From Leptogorgia sarmentosa (Eukaryota): a stretch of 64,000 bases of DNA. The notes below the pieces were generated by a model. It searched no databases, had not been told where the DNA came from, and saw nothing but the letters and a program-made list of their open reading frames with translations. Positions 27,201 to 39,387 of this stretch are shown in pieces. The stretch covers positions 8,308,001 to 8,372,000 of the forward strand of contig OZ210884.1 of NCBI GenBank assembly GCA_964658305.1, read 5' to 3'. Position 1 is the stretch's first letter, and every line of letters begins with the position of its first letter. The translations under genes were made by a program, and so were the position numbers.

Positions 27201-30200
27201 GAATGGAGGAAGCTGTCAAAGCAAAGATGATGAATTTAGTTGTGAATGTGAAAAAGGATTTACAGGAAAGACTTGTGAATTAGGTATGCTATCGCTACAA
27301 CATACCACACTTTTCCCGAAATATCATGTTGATAATCAGGGAATAAGTTCATCAAACTATCGCCATTTTTCCTTTGATTTCTTGTTTTGTTTAACTGGGA
27401 AGACACTTTTTCATACGTTTTAAAGGTTGCACGTCTACAGAAAAGGGAGACTGTTGTGTATTTCCATTCAAGTACAAAGGGAAAACCTATGACTCGTGTA
27501 CGTTGGTCGAGTCCTCTAAACCGTGGTGTTCACTAACTTCAGATTATGATGCGGACAAGAAATATGGCTATTGTGAGCCTCAAAGTATGTATACATCGGA
27601 ATTTTGTATTAATTTGCATGATGGTGACGGCTATTAGAGCCGCGTCTTGAGGTTCACACACGTAAAAACGCACAGTTTTTGACCAACCTAAAAGCAGACT
27701 TGCCACAAGATTGTTCCAACAAGCCGATAATCAACTTGCTCAACATTAAGTAACAAAATTTCAACTTTGTAAATATACCCAACTATCCAAGCGTAATACG
27801 TGTTCGTGTAAACTTTCGAGTGTTCGTCCCAAGCGTTTATCGTTATCGAGTGCTAAATTTTCTCGAGGGGGAGGGAATTGGTGGGGCAGAATTAAGTTAA
27901 TATTCGGGAGGCAAATGCCCCCCTTAAAACCGCCACTGCCTGCAGCAGACTTCAACGTACATTAAGCTTCTCGATCCTACATTCTTGCTACAAGCTTGTT
28001 CTAACAACTTGTTATTTTTGACTTTCTTTTAACAATTTCCATAAACTATCACTATTTTCCCGTCCTTGTTCGGTGCTTGATGTATGTTCTTTATTTTTCT
28101 CAGTTAAGACACTTTCTTTTTCCTAATTTTAGGTTGTAAGACTACAGAAACTGAAAAGGGTGATTGTTGTGTATTTCCATTCAAGTACAAAGGGGCAACT
28201 TACGACTCCTGTACGTTGGTCGACTCCTCTAAACCGTGGTGTTCACTAACTTCAGATTATGATTCGCACAAGAAATATGGCTATTGTGTACCTGAGAGTA
28301 AGTGAATATAAATTTTGTTATATTTATTACAATTTGATGTTACTGCTGTTATCATGCAATGGCGCAAATATTATCGTTTATAGTTTTATGTTTACAATAG
28401 AAAATAGCTGTATCATAATTATGTTCCTCATTGATACAAAAACCTTTTCCAGCAGACAATTTCGCGAAATATAATGGGTATATGCTAAGTAAAATAGGTT
28501 TCCCCCGAACAAAACTTATATTTTATAAATGTACAATGAAAAGCTAATAATAAAGATAATAAATGTAATGAAAAGCTAGAAAGAAGATTCCATTCACAGC
28601 TTTTCATGATCATTCAACGCAGAAAAAATACAACCATCACGATGCTTTGCGAGTATTTGCTTTATTTTGAGTGAATCCTGGCGCTAGCCTTCCTTGTTTG
28701 AATGGTGGTACTCAAAATACTTTTGAAAGCATAACTTATACTAATAGAAATCGAAATACGTGACATAATATTAACATTAAAAGAATGAATGGCGCTTGTT
28801 CATTCTGATAACAAAACTGTCAAAACACGTTGTCAAAAGAATGAGCTAATGTAATACTGTTCCACAAAATTCTTTAAACATTGTCACACAAACAGAATTA
28901 AGGTTTTTTATAGCTTATCAGTATTGTCAAAGCTCGATAATTCAGTAGTAGTTTATAAATTGACGTATAGGATACTTTTCCTCACATTTAATATATGTAG
29001 TTACAGTCAATCCATGTGAAAACTCTCCCTGCAAGAATGGAGGAAGCTGCCAAAGCAAAGATGGCGAATTTAGTTGTGAATGTGAAAATGGATTTACAGG
29101 GAAGACGTGTGAATTAAAAGGTAACTCAGACAACTTTCAAAATATATTGGTAAACTTTAGATGTTTCTTCTTCATGATAAAAAAAATTATAAATTTAATA
29201 ATATCGAATTTATCAATCACAGTGGGAGCTATAGACATCCTTTCATGCATCCCTGTCACCTAGCTGGGTAGCTCATTGTATTGCAGCATTGGAAACGTTC
29301 TATTATTTTTAGGTAATCCATGTGACAGTTCTCCCTGTGCACATTCTGGCGTCTGCAAGCCAAGTGGTGATGATTACATTTGCGATTGCAGCAAAACTGG
29401 GTTTGAAGGTCCCAACTGTGCCAATAAAGGTAAAGAAGTTTCTTTAATAAGGACAGGGGCTGATCAAGCTGATACGAACATTGATTGAGCCCTTCACTAA
29501 TTACTGCTTATTGTGTAGTTTAGTAATTAAGTAAAACCCCTAATTCTTTTGCTGAAGAAATTTCCATATCCTCTGTTTTGTTGCTCTCATAAACGTTCAG
29601 ACTAGCTTGCGCTTAGTAATGAAGAAAATTGGGAAAATAGTTGGGAATATTTTAATATTAAATGAACATTCCAAATATCGTTTTCAAGAACAATTTTTAA
29701 ACATTTCACATTTCGCAGGAATTTGGATGGCAGTTTCAAAACTGACTCCTCCATATCATATTGGTAGTGATGGTCTTGGTCATCTTGGTGATCTTGGTGG
29801 GCGCTTTGTTGACCTCAATGGAGACGGACGCTTAGATTTTGTTTACAACCGCTGGGTTAAGGATGGAAAAAATGAAAAAGGAGCTTATTTGAATGTCCCT
29901 GGAGAAGGTTTCCGTTCAGCACCACAATTCACTCCTCCCCATGACATTGCTGCAGATGGCTACGCCGACCTTGGAACTAGATTTGTTGATTTGAATGGAG
30001 ATGGGAAGATTGATATGGCGTATCATAGATGGATATCTCACACCACAACTTTAAAAGGTGCTTATCTAAACACTGGTAATGGATGGGTATCGGCACCTCA
30101 ATATACTCCACCTCAACGTATTACCGCTGGATCTGGTAAGGAAGATTTGGGAACACGGTTTGTAGAACTTAACGGAGACGGGAAAATCGACTTCGTGTAC

Positions 30201-31761
30201 CATCGCTGGTTGAGCAACAGTAGGCAAGAAAAAGGAGCTTTTATCAACACTGGTAACGGTTGGGAAAGTGCACCAGACCTCATCCCACCGTTTCATATCG
30301 CTGCTCCTGGCCTTGACGATCTTGGGGCGAGATTTGCGGACCTCAATGGTGATGGCAAAGTAGATTTATTATACCACAGGTGGATAAATTTCTTCAGTAA
30401 ACAAAAAGGAGCGTATCTTAACAATGGAAAGAAGTGGACTTGGGCCCCACAATTTACACCACCATACACTACTTCTGATGATGGTATACGTGACACTGGA
30501 TTGAGACTGATTGATTTTAATGGTGACGGAAAAATCGATATTGTGTATCACCGCTGGTTGAATGGTTTCTTGCAACACAAGGTAGGTTTACTACAAAGCA
30601 TGCTAATGAGTTGAACGAAGCTGGAAAAACCGCCGGATACGTTTCGGTCATTCATTGATTGTCTTGGATTGATACAGGGTGCATTTGTCAACAATGGTAA
30701 TGGATGGTCAAAAACGGATCCTTACATTCCACCATTTCATATTGCCGCTGACAATCACGGTGATTTGGGGGCGCGATTTGCTGACGTCAATGGTGACGGT
30801 CTGGTAGACTTTGTCTACTACCGATGGCTAAACAGTAACAGTCAACAAAAGGGAGCTTATATCAATTCAGGTTGTGGTTGGCGGTCAGAGTCACAATACA
30901 CACCTCCTTATCATATTGCTGCAGATGGGTATGGTGATCGTGGGGCAAGATTGGTCGAACTCAATGGAGATGGTGCAATTGATTTTGCTTATAATTTGGA
31001 ACTTAACTCCAAACAGGCAACAAAAGCAGCGTACCTTGGTGAGTAGAATTATTTGAACATATATTGCCGAAATATCATCATAGCAGCTGCAGCAGAAAGG
31101 TAATCTTGCGTGTGGATTGTAAATCACTGACAAGTCCTCGCAATTACTAATAGAATGAAGAAAGGCCCCGGGGTTGGTTGAATCAAAGGTGTTTAGCTCG
31201 AATGATGAATAAGCAGAAATTTAAAAACATCCCTGTATGTATCTTGTAAATAATTGAACGTAAATTTTATCAATATCTATCTATACATAACAGAAATGTT
31301 TAGTTTCTTTGTAGTCTGTAGTATATGAACTTGTTTGATATCTTTTACTTATTGCCCGTTTAAGCTAAACGCCTTGGAGAAAACCGACCCAGCAGTTTTT
31401 AGATCAGCGATTGCGGTCTATCGAGGGAAATTCAGTATTTGTATATACTGCAGTAAATGAAATATTTTTAAAAGAACGATAATTTTGTGGATTGTAATTT
31501 GTAAATCACTCAGAAAATCTCACAATAATTAATATCGGTAGGATAATTAATAAAAGCCCGGGTAAATATTTGTAGCTATCCCATTGGACCATCCGCTGTA
31601 ACAAATTTCTTCTCCAGATGTCTTATGATCGTTAATTCTCACTTTTTATAGCATGTGGTGATACCAGTCCAGCATTTTGCCTGATTTACTCGAAATACTG
31701 CTCGATGTGGAAGGTAGCTTACAACATGTGCAGACAAACCTGCAACACCTGCCAATTTTGA
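15235..31761 (+). CDS. Gene B: secreted FN2 / 29xEGF / seven-repeat FG-GAP(VCBS)-like propeller / ShKT protein (~1812 aa)
   Basis: Signal peptide 15235-15298 ([21 protein letters not shown]); FN2 16320-16478, 16634-16801; EGF exons 17469-17582, 18608-18727, 19681-19800, 20521-20640, 20718-20831, 21023-21142, 21377-21490, 21689-21808, 21961-22074, 22272-22391, 22491-22604, 22752-22871, 22957-23070, 23235-23354, 23431-23544, 23735-23854, 23932-24045, 24248-24367, 24441-24554, 24631-24750, 24836-24949, 25180-25299, 25382-25495, 25712-25831, 26151-26264, 26639-26758, 27173-27283; FN2 27426-27584, 28133-28297; EGF 29007-29120, 29313-29429; propeller 29719-30581 + 30678-31038; ShKT 31652-31761 (TGA). 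Exon sum is 5439 nt, in frame throughout. Probable 3'UTR intron 31763-31865 and AATAAA at ~32026. Confidence 0.88.
15550..15721. repeat. 21-bp minisatellite TCACAGTGCAATTTTCTCTAA x~8
   Basis: Directly visible tandem copies in intron 1 of gene B. Confidence 0.95.
16912..17130. repeat. ~21-bp minisatellite (CAGTATCTCCCAAAAAACAATA-type)
   Basis: About 10 tandem variant copies in a gene B intron. Confidence 0.9.
17627..18408. repeat. (ATATT)n microsatellite
   Basis: Perfect ~780-bp pentamer array; explains the IILYY ORF. Confidence 0.98.
18785..18850. repeat. 11-bp repeat AGTATATATAG
   Basis: About 5-6 tandem copies. Confidence 0.85.
26800..26912. mobile_element. 113-bp PIF/Harbinger (Tourist-like) MITE
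   Basis: TIRs GGCCTGTTCCATACGTCGAA / TTCGACGTTTGAAACAGGCC with TAA target-site duplication on both sides. The paralogous intron in gene A (~8611-8630, ttcatttgaaTAAtgtttac) is the empty site. Confidence 0.85.
29719..31038 (+). CDS. Seven ~58-aa FG-GAP/VCBS-like repeats (predicted 7-bladed beta-propeller) of gene B
   Basis: Seven copies of [37 protein letters not shown]......KGAYLN.G.G with (D/E)xNGDGxxD Ca2+-loop-type motifs. Encoded by two large exons with one phase-0 intron (30582-30677). Confidence 0.85.
31168..31392. mobile_element. Degenerate MITE related to 6939-7203
   Basis: Left CCGGGGTTGGTTGAATCAAAGGTGTTTAGCT versus right reverse complement CTGGGTCGGTTTTCTCCAAGGCGTTTAGCT. Confidence 0.45.
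31652..31761 (+). CDS. ShKT domain exon (C-terminus of gene B)
   Basis: [36 protein letters not shown]: six Cys ending in the ShK-type CxxxCxxC. The phase-1 acceptor matches the donor at 31039. Not in the ORF track. Confidence 0.8.
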
Positions 31762-32447
31762 GGTAAATGAAGTTCAAATTTTAGGTGTTTTAGTCACATC
31801 GAATATAGAACGAGTGTGGAGCATTCACCTACGAGACTTGCTTATTATCTTTTTTATGCTTCAGGTATCCGGACCGCAAAGCACTACTGAATTCACAAAA
31901 ATTGTTTGATGTAACTGATATGATATTGAAGTTTGTAAATTTGTGTCCAACGTATCTGTCATACATTCTCAATACGTAAGGCGAACTGCGAGTGTATTTT
32001 CTGTATGTACACTGTAGTAGAGATTAATAAAATGAAAGTGTTTTGAAACTCATTCCATGTCAAGCAGTCTGAAAGTCATGCACCTTTTCCAGCCTTAAAC
32101 GATGCAAAGTCCAGAGGTGGATAATATGTTGAATACGAAGGATTTGTTTAGCATTTATTTTTTTTGATAATTAATCGTTTTAAAATATTTCATTTGGGAT
32201 TGAATTGGCTTCATAATTATGTATGTCATAAGCATTGCTTCGCTTCTTCGCATAAACAGTAGGTGAATAAATCTAGAATATAAAATGTCACACTGCAAGT
32301 GAAGTGTAAAAAAACAATTCCTATATTTTCAATTCTATTGCCACAATTCAATTTAAAGAATTATCATTAGGACTTTAACGTCAACATTCTCCATACGAAT
32401 CCAACATGCTAAGATACCATACTAGTCACAATTTCTCATCCAACATT

Positions 32448-35400
32448 TCAATTTTCTTTCTTCGCTGTAGAAAAAATATATAATAAGGGATCATTGATTA
32501 CTTCAAATTCCAATAATTTGGGGCGAAATATTTCATTATGTGAAGTGTGAACAACCAAAACTGAAATTCTCAGTCACAACAACTATTTAACAATTAGTTA
32601 CTGTGATTATTGATCAATTGTTACCCGTCCGAGTAGTATGACTTTATTGGTGAGGAAGTAAAAAGCATTAAAAATCAGTACATTTTGAGCAGTCATATCG
32701 AAAAGAGCAGTGGTCTGGCCATGCAGGCATGTAGGAATTATTGCCACATAGTTACTGTTCAGTTAGCCAATCAGAATGTAGAAAGCCATTTCTTACTAAT
32801 GAAATTATTATATTATATAATGATCTTTACCTACCTTCTTTTTTCCGGTCTTTTCTCAATGTTGTCAAACCATATTTCTTGAAAAACCTGAACAATAAAA
32901 TGAAGCCTTATGATTTTTGTGAGAGAACCGTAAAAATTTTGTTTCTATTGGATTCGAAAGTTGGGAATTTTTCTCCTGATAGAGCGTTTCATTCTGATTT
33001 TGTAAATTTTAACCATCCGTCAAAGGCGTACAATTTAATACATAAAAATAGCGCTTTCTCCAAGATATAACACTTTTTGGTTCCAATTAGTTCTCGTTTA
33101 ATCATCTGTTAATGAAGTTCAATTTACTAGGTTCCCCTTCTCCCCCCTTTTATGTGTATTTTTAAATATCAATTTAATCAGATGTGGATATTTCTTTGAT
33201 AACTCATTCTTAGAGCGTAGGCAAATATTAAGTACAACAACAACAACAACAAAAACAAATTAGCAGCGTTTGGGTCAGTGTTAGAGTTGGGGTTGATTCT
33301 AAAGTTCGCTAGTCATGGATACGTTACCAATTAAAAGTGACTGGCATATACTGTGAAGCATATGCAATCAGAATTATTGGTTGAGGTGCGATCCAACACT
33401 CGTCTAGTTTATTAGCCATCGCAATCGCCATATATTCAGCAAATTGATCTGTTTCCATTGCGTTCGACGCATTCTTGTCAAAAGACGTTCCCTTCACACT
33501 CTGTTACAAAAAGAGTCGAATATCCGTGTTAACAAAACTGATTTTGATGAATGACAATAGACCTTATGCATAATGACGTCACAAAGGGTGATCCAATATT
33601 GCAATGTTATTTTCGATTTGAAATTGCAAATTAAACATTTACGATGACAGGAATATTTGACAAAAGGTGGTTCCACATAATGCGAAATGAATACCCGTCA
33701 TAAAGGAAAATTTGCTTTATAATAGATTTTCGATACAGCTAGCGTACATTGGAAGCAACGCGGAATGATTGTCATTTTTAAAATAAGCCATGGAAAGGTG
33801 GAATAGCTGAGTTTATTCGCTGTAATAGCTCAATAGACTTCGAAGTGTTGGGGCCCATTGCCAGAATATGACGTCATATGCAAAGAAAAATAGCGCTACT
33901 GGAATTATTGATTCCGATCAATCTTCGGTAAAAGAAAGAAGGAAAATTTCAAGAACGACAGATTGTAACCATGATAATCGTTAATTTATCAATTAAATTT
34001 AAGTTCCTAGAAAGTTCTTTAAATTTTGTATTTCTACATGCCTGGCCTGATTTCGCAGAAAATGCATTTTGCACTATGGCTGACTTGATTGGGCCAGGAC
34101 AAACGATTGAGACATCAATGCCATTGTGGTTAACTTCAGAACGGAGAGCGGAGAAATATCCCTGGGAAAAGAACATGCACAAAATGATTAAAGGAGAAGT
34201 TGTTAACAGCGCCAGTTTGGAGACATACAGAATAGTGTAAAAAACTTTTAATTTGAGGTATTTCGTTAGAAATGATAAAGCATATCTTATCTTTCTTGCT
34301 TCAGGTTTAACTAATAAAGTTTCTTTCGACTTTGTGTTGTCCCTCGAATGGCAACGAGAGCGAAAGGGCATTAATGAATGTTCGGACGGTGATATTATGT
34401 AAGACATTTGAACCACTAGGTTCGACAGGACCCATTTTAAGGATTCTTTCATGGAGGGGGGGGGGGGGGGGGGTGAAAAAGGCACTTTCTGTGAGATAAG
34501 CAAAGGTTATATGCATTGTTAAAAAGGTCTGGGTTAGAGTTAGATTAGGGTCTTAGGGAGTAGGTCAGACTGGTCAGTTGAAGTATATTAACGAAAGTCA
34601 GCACAACGTAGAGCATATAGATACAGGCGCACACATTTTAAGTATTTCTGGAGAATATAGGCTGTTTGAAGACCGATTTCTCGTGAAGGGGGGGGGGGGG
34701 TCATTACGAGCCAATGGGGAATAAGATTAAAGACCCTTGAAAACTGGAAAGCGATGTATGAATTGTTATAGCCCATTTATTTAATAATTTCGTCAATCAG
34801 ATTCCATTTTACTCCGATTTCCCTTTATTATGCGACTGTAAGTACATGTATGTACTGAATATATTTCGCTGCAGCTACTACGGACAGTTTATGGTATCTT
34901 GTATATAGTATCTATTTAAGTAATACTAACCTGTAGAGCAAACTTTGTAGCTGAGTAGGTTGCAGATGTAGGAACACCTAGGTCGTACGTAAATAATGAC
35001 TATTAATTTTACGACATGCTTCTTATACGTAACAAATCGAAATGGCAAAACTGTCGTGAGGTAGGGCAATTTGCTCAAGCAACCAGAAGGGAAGTGATCT
35101 TTGGAATGTTGCCAGATTTACAAACATTTTATATAGATGAATCTGAAAACAGCACCGAGTGACGGAGGCTGTCAAATATGATCTGCACATATTTTGATTG
35201 AAAAGTTGTTTAAATCAAACCGAACCTACATGATATCTATGGTAAACGAAGCGAATATTATTGTTAAGTAAATGTCTCACCAACTTTCCCAGCGATACTG
35301 CTAACAACTACAATGCGTCCATCATTTCTTTTTATCATATGCGGAAGAACAGATTTGGTTAAAGAAATTGTCCCAATCACATTCAATTCGAATAGTTCTT

Positions 35401-37607
35401 GATCTACTTTGAAGTCTGTGTTCACGATCGTACCACGTTGCGACCTTCCGCCGTTGTTCACCAAAATATCTATCTGTTAGGAAATTGGAAAGTACTCAAC
35501 TAGGTACAAGAGAATGGCATATCAGTGCGAGGCTTGGTGGATGAACAGTATATGTACATACCTTGTCAAAATGGTTCAGGACAGTTTGCACGGCCTCTTC
35601 ATGTGTCTCAATTTTGGTAAGATCCAATAGTAAGACAAGAAAATCCTTTTCTACATCAACATGATAGAGTTTCCTGCTGGCTATTTCTATATAAATCAAG
35701 CAAGACCATGGAACTTTGCGCCTTATGTGAAATCGATTATCTTACCAACATGTGCACTGCACTGCAGTGCAAGACGCTCAATGACCAGGCCAAACGATGA
35801 TGAGAGTTGATTGGTAAGAGGTGGCAGTCACAATTGTCGCCAAGGGCATTTTAAGCTTCAGAAATCAACAAAAGATCGCCAATCCAGCTAATGTTTTTAA
35901 AATTTAAATGCATGACTGACACTGATTGTGTTCGGAAAGCCGTTCAAGTACAGGCTACGTGTGACGGCCAACTCTCATCAACCAGGCAATCTGAAGTACG
36001 GTAAAGTATTGAAATATATCAGTATTCTTATCATATAGTGATCTGTATTGTGAACCACGTAAATTAAAAGAGTATAAAAGACGGGGGGAGGTGGGAGTTG
36101 ACCTGAAGAGGCAACCGTGTTTGAGAATAATTATGAGATTAACATGGATATATATATTCATATCTATAGTATTTTCCTCTTACTAATTCATATCATGCAC
36201 TTTTCAGTCAGTCTTCGGCTTCGGCAAATAACACAAACCTCGGACATAATAATTCCTCATATCCTACTCGACCTCATTCTATAATTGTTTAGTATATACT
36301 AGGAGTTACTATCGCAAGGAAAATTGCTGCCGTTGCGCTCAAACTTTAAAATCCCGGCTTGGTTATAGAATACCTGTCCACTTTTGAAACAGTGACTTGT
36401 TATCATGATACGATGATACGAAGTCAAAATGATCACGTAATGTAATGTAACCGAGTTTTTAAGAAGCCTGGGTAAGATACATTTTTTCGTAATACGATTA
36501 CACGAAGTGAAATGTGATATACCCGAGTATTCAGAAAGCACGCGTTTGACAGCCTTCGTGATAGTGTGATACGATCATAGTACGAAGTGAAAATTATTAC
36601 CGATTAAGTTTACCACGTTTATATCTCGTTTTTTAATCGCAAGCTCAACATAATAATTAAAAATGCGATTCAGTGCACATATTGTGTTTATGTCCCGTTC
36701 TTTAAAAAGCAACAGCGCGCCAGTTAGGGTGAAGGTTTACTGTTAGGGTTAGCTAGTGTTTACTATACTATTAGTAATAGTATAGTAAACACTAACCCTA
36801 ACAGTCTATTAGGGCTAGCATTCTGAACATTGCTTGCATCATATGTGTGATCGCCATCAATACCAAATACCAAACCACAACGCATAAAACATTAGCACAA
36901 TCTTGCATCCGTATGAAACGTTAACGCTTTTGTAAAAACCTTTCGATTCTTGAAGCACATGGAGATGCGTGCCGCGTGCGCAATACAATATCTTGTTTAT
37001 GTACTTGAAGGCTGAAGCTTAATTATTCTGACCGCTCCCCTCTTTTAACAAACGTCCCTGAAGCTTAATTATGCCCCCGGATACGACAAACATCTTTATG
37101 GACAGACAGACAGACAGACAGACAGACAGAAAGACACAAGATCTCGATCTCGACAATACATAACTCGCGCGAAAGACTGGGTCGAGTAGACTCTGGGGAA
37201 ACAACCGCGTGTCAAGAATAGTGTGCTGCCTCGCTTCGCTCGGCAGCAATTATCAATTATATATTCATATCCTGCAATTTAGCTCATGTTATGATTGCAA
37301 ATGTTGACTCTGCACGTGGTTATTTCAACATGTTATCCTCACCAAAACATTTTGTCTTTACCCGCTCTAATTCGTCCTTTCTTCTCGAGGAAAGAACCAA
37401 TTTACAGCCAACACTGGCCAGTTTATACGCCAAATGTTCGCCAATACCGCTTGAAGCCCCAGTGATCCATACAACTTGACCTTGCAATTCCTCGGCTTTC
37501 TTGCCACATAATTGGTAATATTTCAACATTACATCTACCTCCATGCTCTTGTAAAGAAATGCAAGAAATACCATAATGATTACGACAGTTATTAGGAAGA
37601 AATACAT
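32448..37607 (-). CDS. DHRS7: Dehydrogenase/reductase SDR family member 7-like (8 exons, ~330 aa)
   Basis: Exons (minus): 37607-37343 (N-terminal TM, VVWITGASSGIG), 35686-35562, 35473-35281 (IDILVNNGGRSQR), 34977-34931 (YSATK catalytic motif), 34161-34042 (CPGPI; GC donor), 33500-33328 (AMANKLDECWIAPQP...QYMP), 32887-32835, 32464-32448 (AKKEN*, KKxx-type ending). Phases are consistent and the total is 993 nt. Confidence 0.88.
36720..37250 (+). mobile_element. Candidate non-autonomous Helentron/DINE-like element in DHRS7 intron 1
   Basis: Subterminal hairpin (~36738-36804), internal (CAGA)n at ~37100-37130, and a terminal GC-rich hairpin GCTGCCTCGCTTCGCTCGGCAGC at ~37225-37247. Boundaries are approximate. 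Confidence 0.35.
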
Positions 37608-39387
37608 TGTACAAGTGGAGATATTTTGGTCAAATCTAGCCCGATGTCTTTTGTAAGACAATACAGGATAAAATTACAGTCTGTTGCGTGGGTGGTATTA
37701 TTACCATAGCAATAAATGAGGATGAAACAAAGACGTTCTTATTTCTATCGAACTTACGAAAACGTAAATTTACATTTTATCAGTACTCAGCACATTTCTT
37801 GTTCAACACTTTTACAAATTATTGTTACCTAACGCCATCACATTTGTCGTTTATGCATAGATTATATATATGATTATATTTTGTCTATTCAACATTCAAC
37901 ATTGGTAGTGTCAATGAGAGACGAAATTAGGTTACTTGTAATTGTAATCCGCCCCCTTGAGCAAAATACCCTAGGAATATCGCCTCCAGTTAGGAAATTC
38001 TCTCTTCTCCCCTTTTTCCGGATATAAATTCTAAGTTTTGGATCTAAAAACAAAACGATTGCCAGTTGAAAAATGTGATTTACTTCTTACAATAAGAAAA
38101 CAAAATTGTGTAAAGAATTTAGGCTTCTTAGCAGCTGGTGGTGTGCACGGTCTGCAGCAGAAGCACAGCCACTCGTACTTACTGTAGATTAGCGTCATAT
38201 GCCCTATATATTCCACACGAAAATTTATAGGACGAAATGTTCTGGGCCTTGAAATCTTGAATGGGTATGCACGTCGTACCTGATACTCAATATTATCTAT
38301 TTAGTCTATATCTATTTTTATATGTTTTGATCAATTCCACTATTTTTGTAATAGAATTATGTGTTTCAGTGTTTACAACATAGCCATAGCTAATACGCTG
38401 CGGACGAGATGTATAGAGGTTGGGGATTTCTCGGACACCGACGTTAGTAACTAAAATAACGCGGCGGCTAACAGCTTTTTTCCATGCAGGTGATTAAGGA
38501 TATGTATATATGTGTGTATTAACAGTTAACACTGTGTTTATTTCTAGCTCACTCTGCATGCAAGTTACTGACACTGCACACTGCAAATTGACTAAATGAA
38601 CTATGTATAATATAACAGTGATCAGTAAATGATTAAACCTCGGTCTTTTCTTATCATTTAATTTGACGTAGCGATATAAATCTGTCATATCGGATAGTCA
38701 CAAATTTCTAATTTGGCAGATGTTTTAACTACAATATATATAAAATATGTAACAATTCTGTAAAAAGTGGCGAATAGGTAAACGCAACAAATAAAAATTA
38801 AAATATATCACTCCACTCCCATAATTCCTTGTGAGGTTGAAATCGATTGTTTTTACGGTCTATAAACATGAATATATGAATATCAGCGCACCAATTATCG
38901 ATCCGGCCCGTACGCCTATGATGAAAAGTTAACAATATTGTTCATCGTCTCAGCTGCCGAAGTGAAGCTGAGGCATATAACTGAGGTTTTCAGCGGAAAC
39001 AGTAATCTGTACAGGTTCATGCAGCCGTTCCACAAGTTATCAACAATATTTTGTAATTATCATTAACCGTTATCAGCAATAATATAATTACTCAGTAACT
39101 AAATAACGATCATAATTCGTTGACTTTTTACCCAATAAGAGAACGAGAACAATGTTCAATGAACAACAAGTTAGATTAAAATCTCGCAACGCTTTCTTAA
39201 TTGAGTACGACGTTTCAACATTTTAAAACGTATGCATGTTTCTTTCTAGTACAGTGTTAAAGAAAAGGTGAAGCGGGTAGCATATTTCAACTGTAAAAGT
39301 AAGTCAAAGTGAAAAGGGCCTGGTTAAGTGCGTGCTGTCAAACACATTCGAATTCAGTGAAACAACACACAGCTGTGAAGTGGTATA

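Noticed and set aside
29607..31046. Bacterial contamination, or a stand-alone prokaryotic FG-GAP gene or integrin alpha
   Set aside because: The domain has phase-compatible splice sites to flanking EGF and ShKT exons and an internal GT-AG intron. There are no integrin thigh/calf/TM domains, and the ORF-track N-termini are intronic.
15235..31761. Notch, Crumbs, fibropellin or SNED1 identity
   Set aside because: No LNR/ankyrin, laminin-G, CUB/avidin, NIDO or TM domains; the similarity is limited to generic EGF repeats.
33949..34503. 184-aa minus-strand ORF as a separate gene
   Set aside because: Only 34161-34042 is coding (DHRS7 exon 5); the rest is intron.
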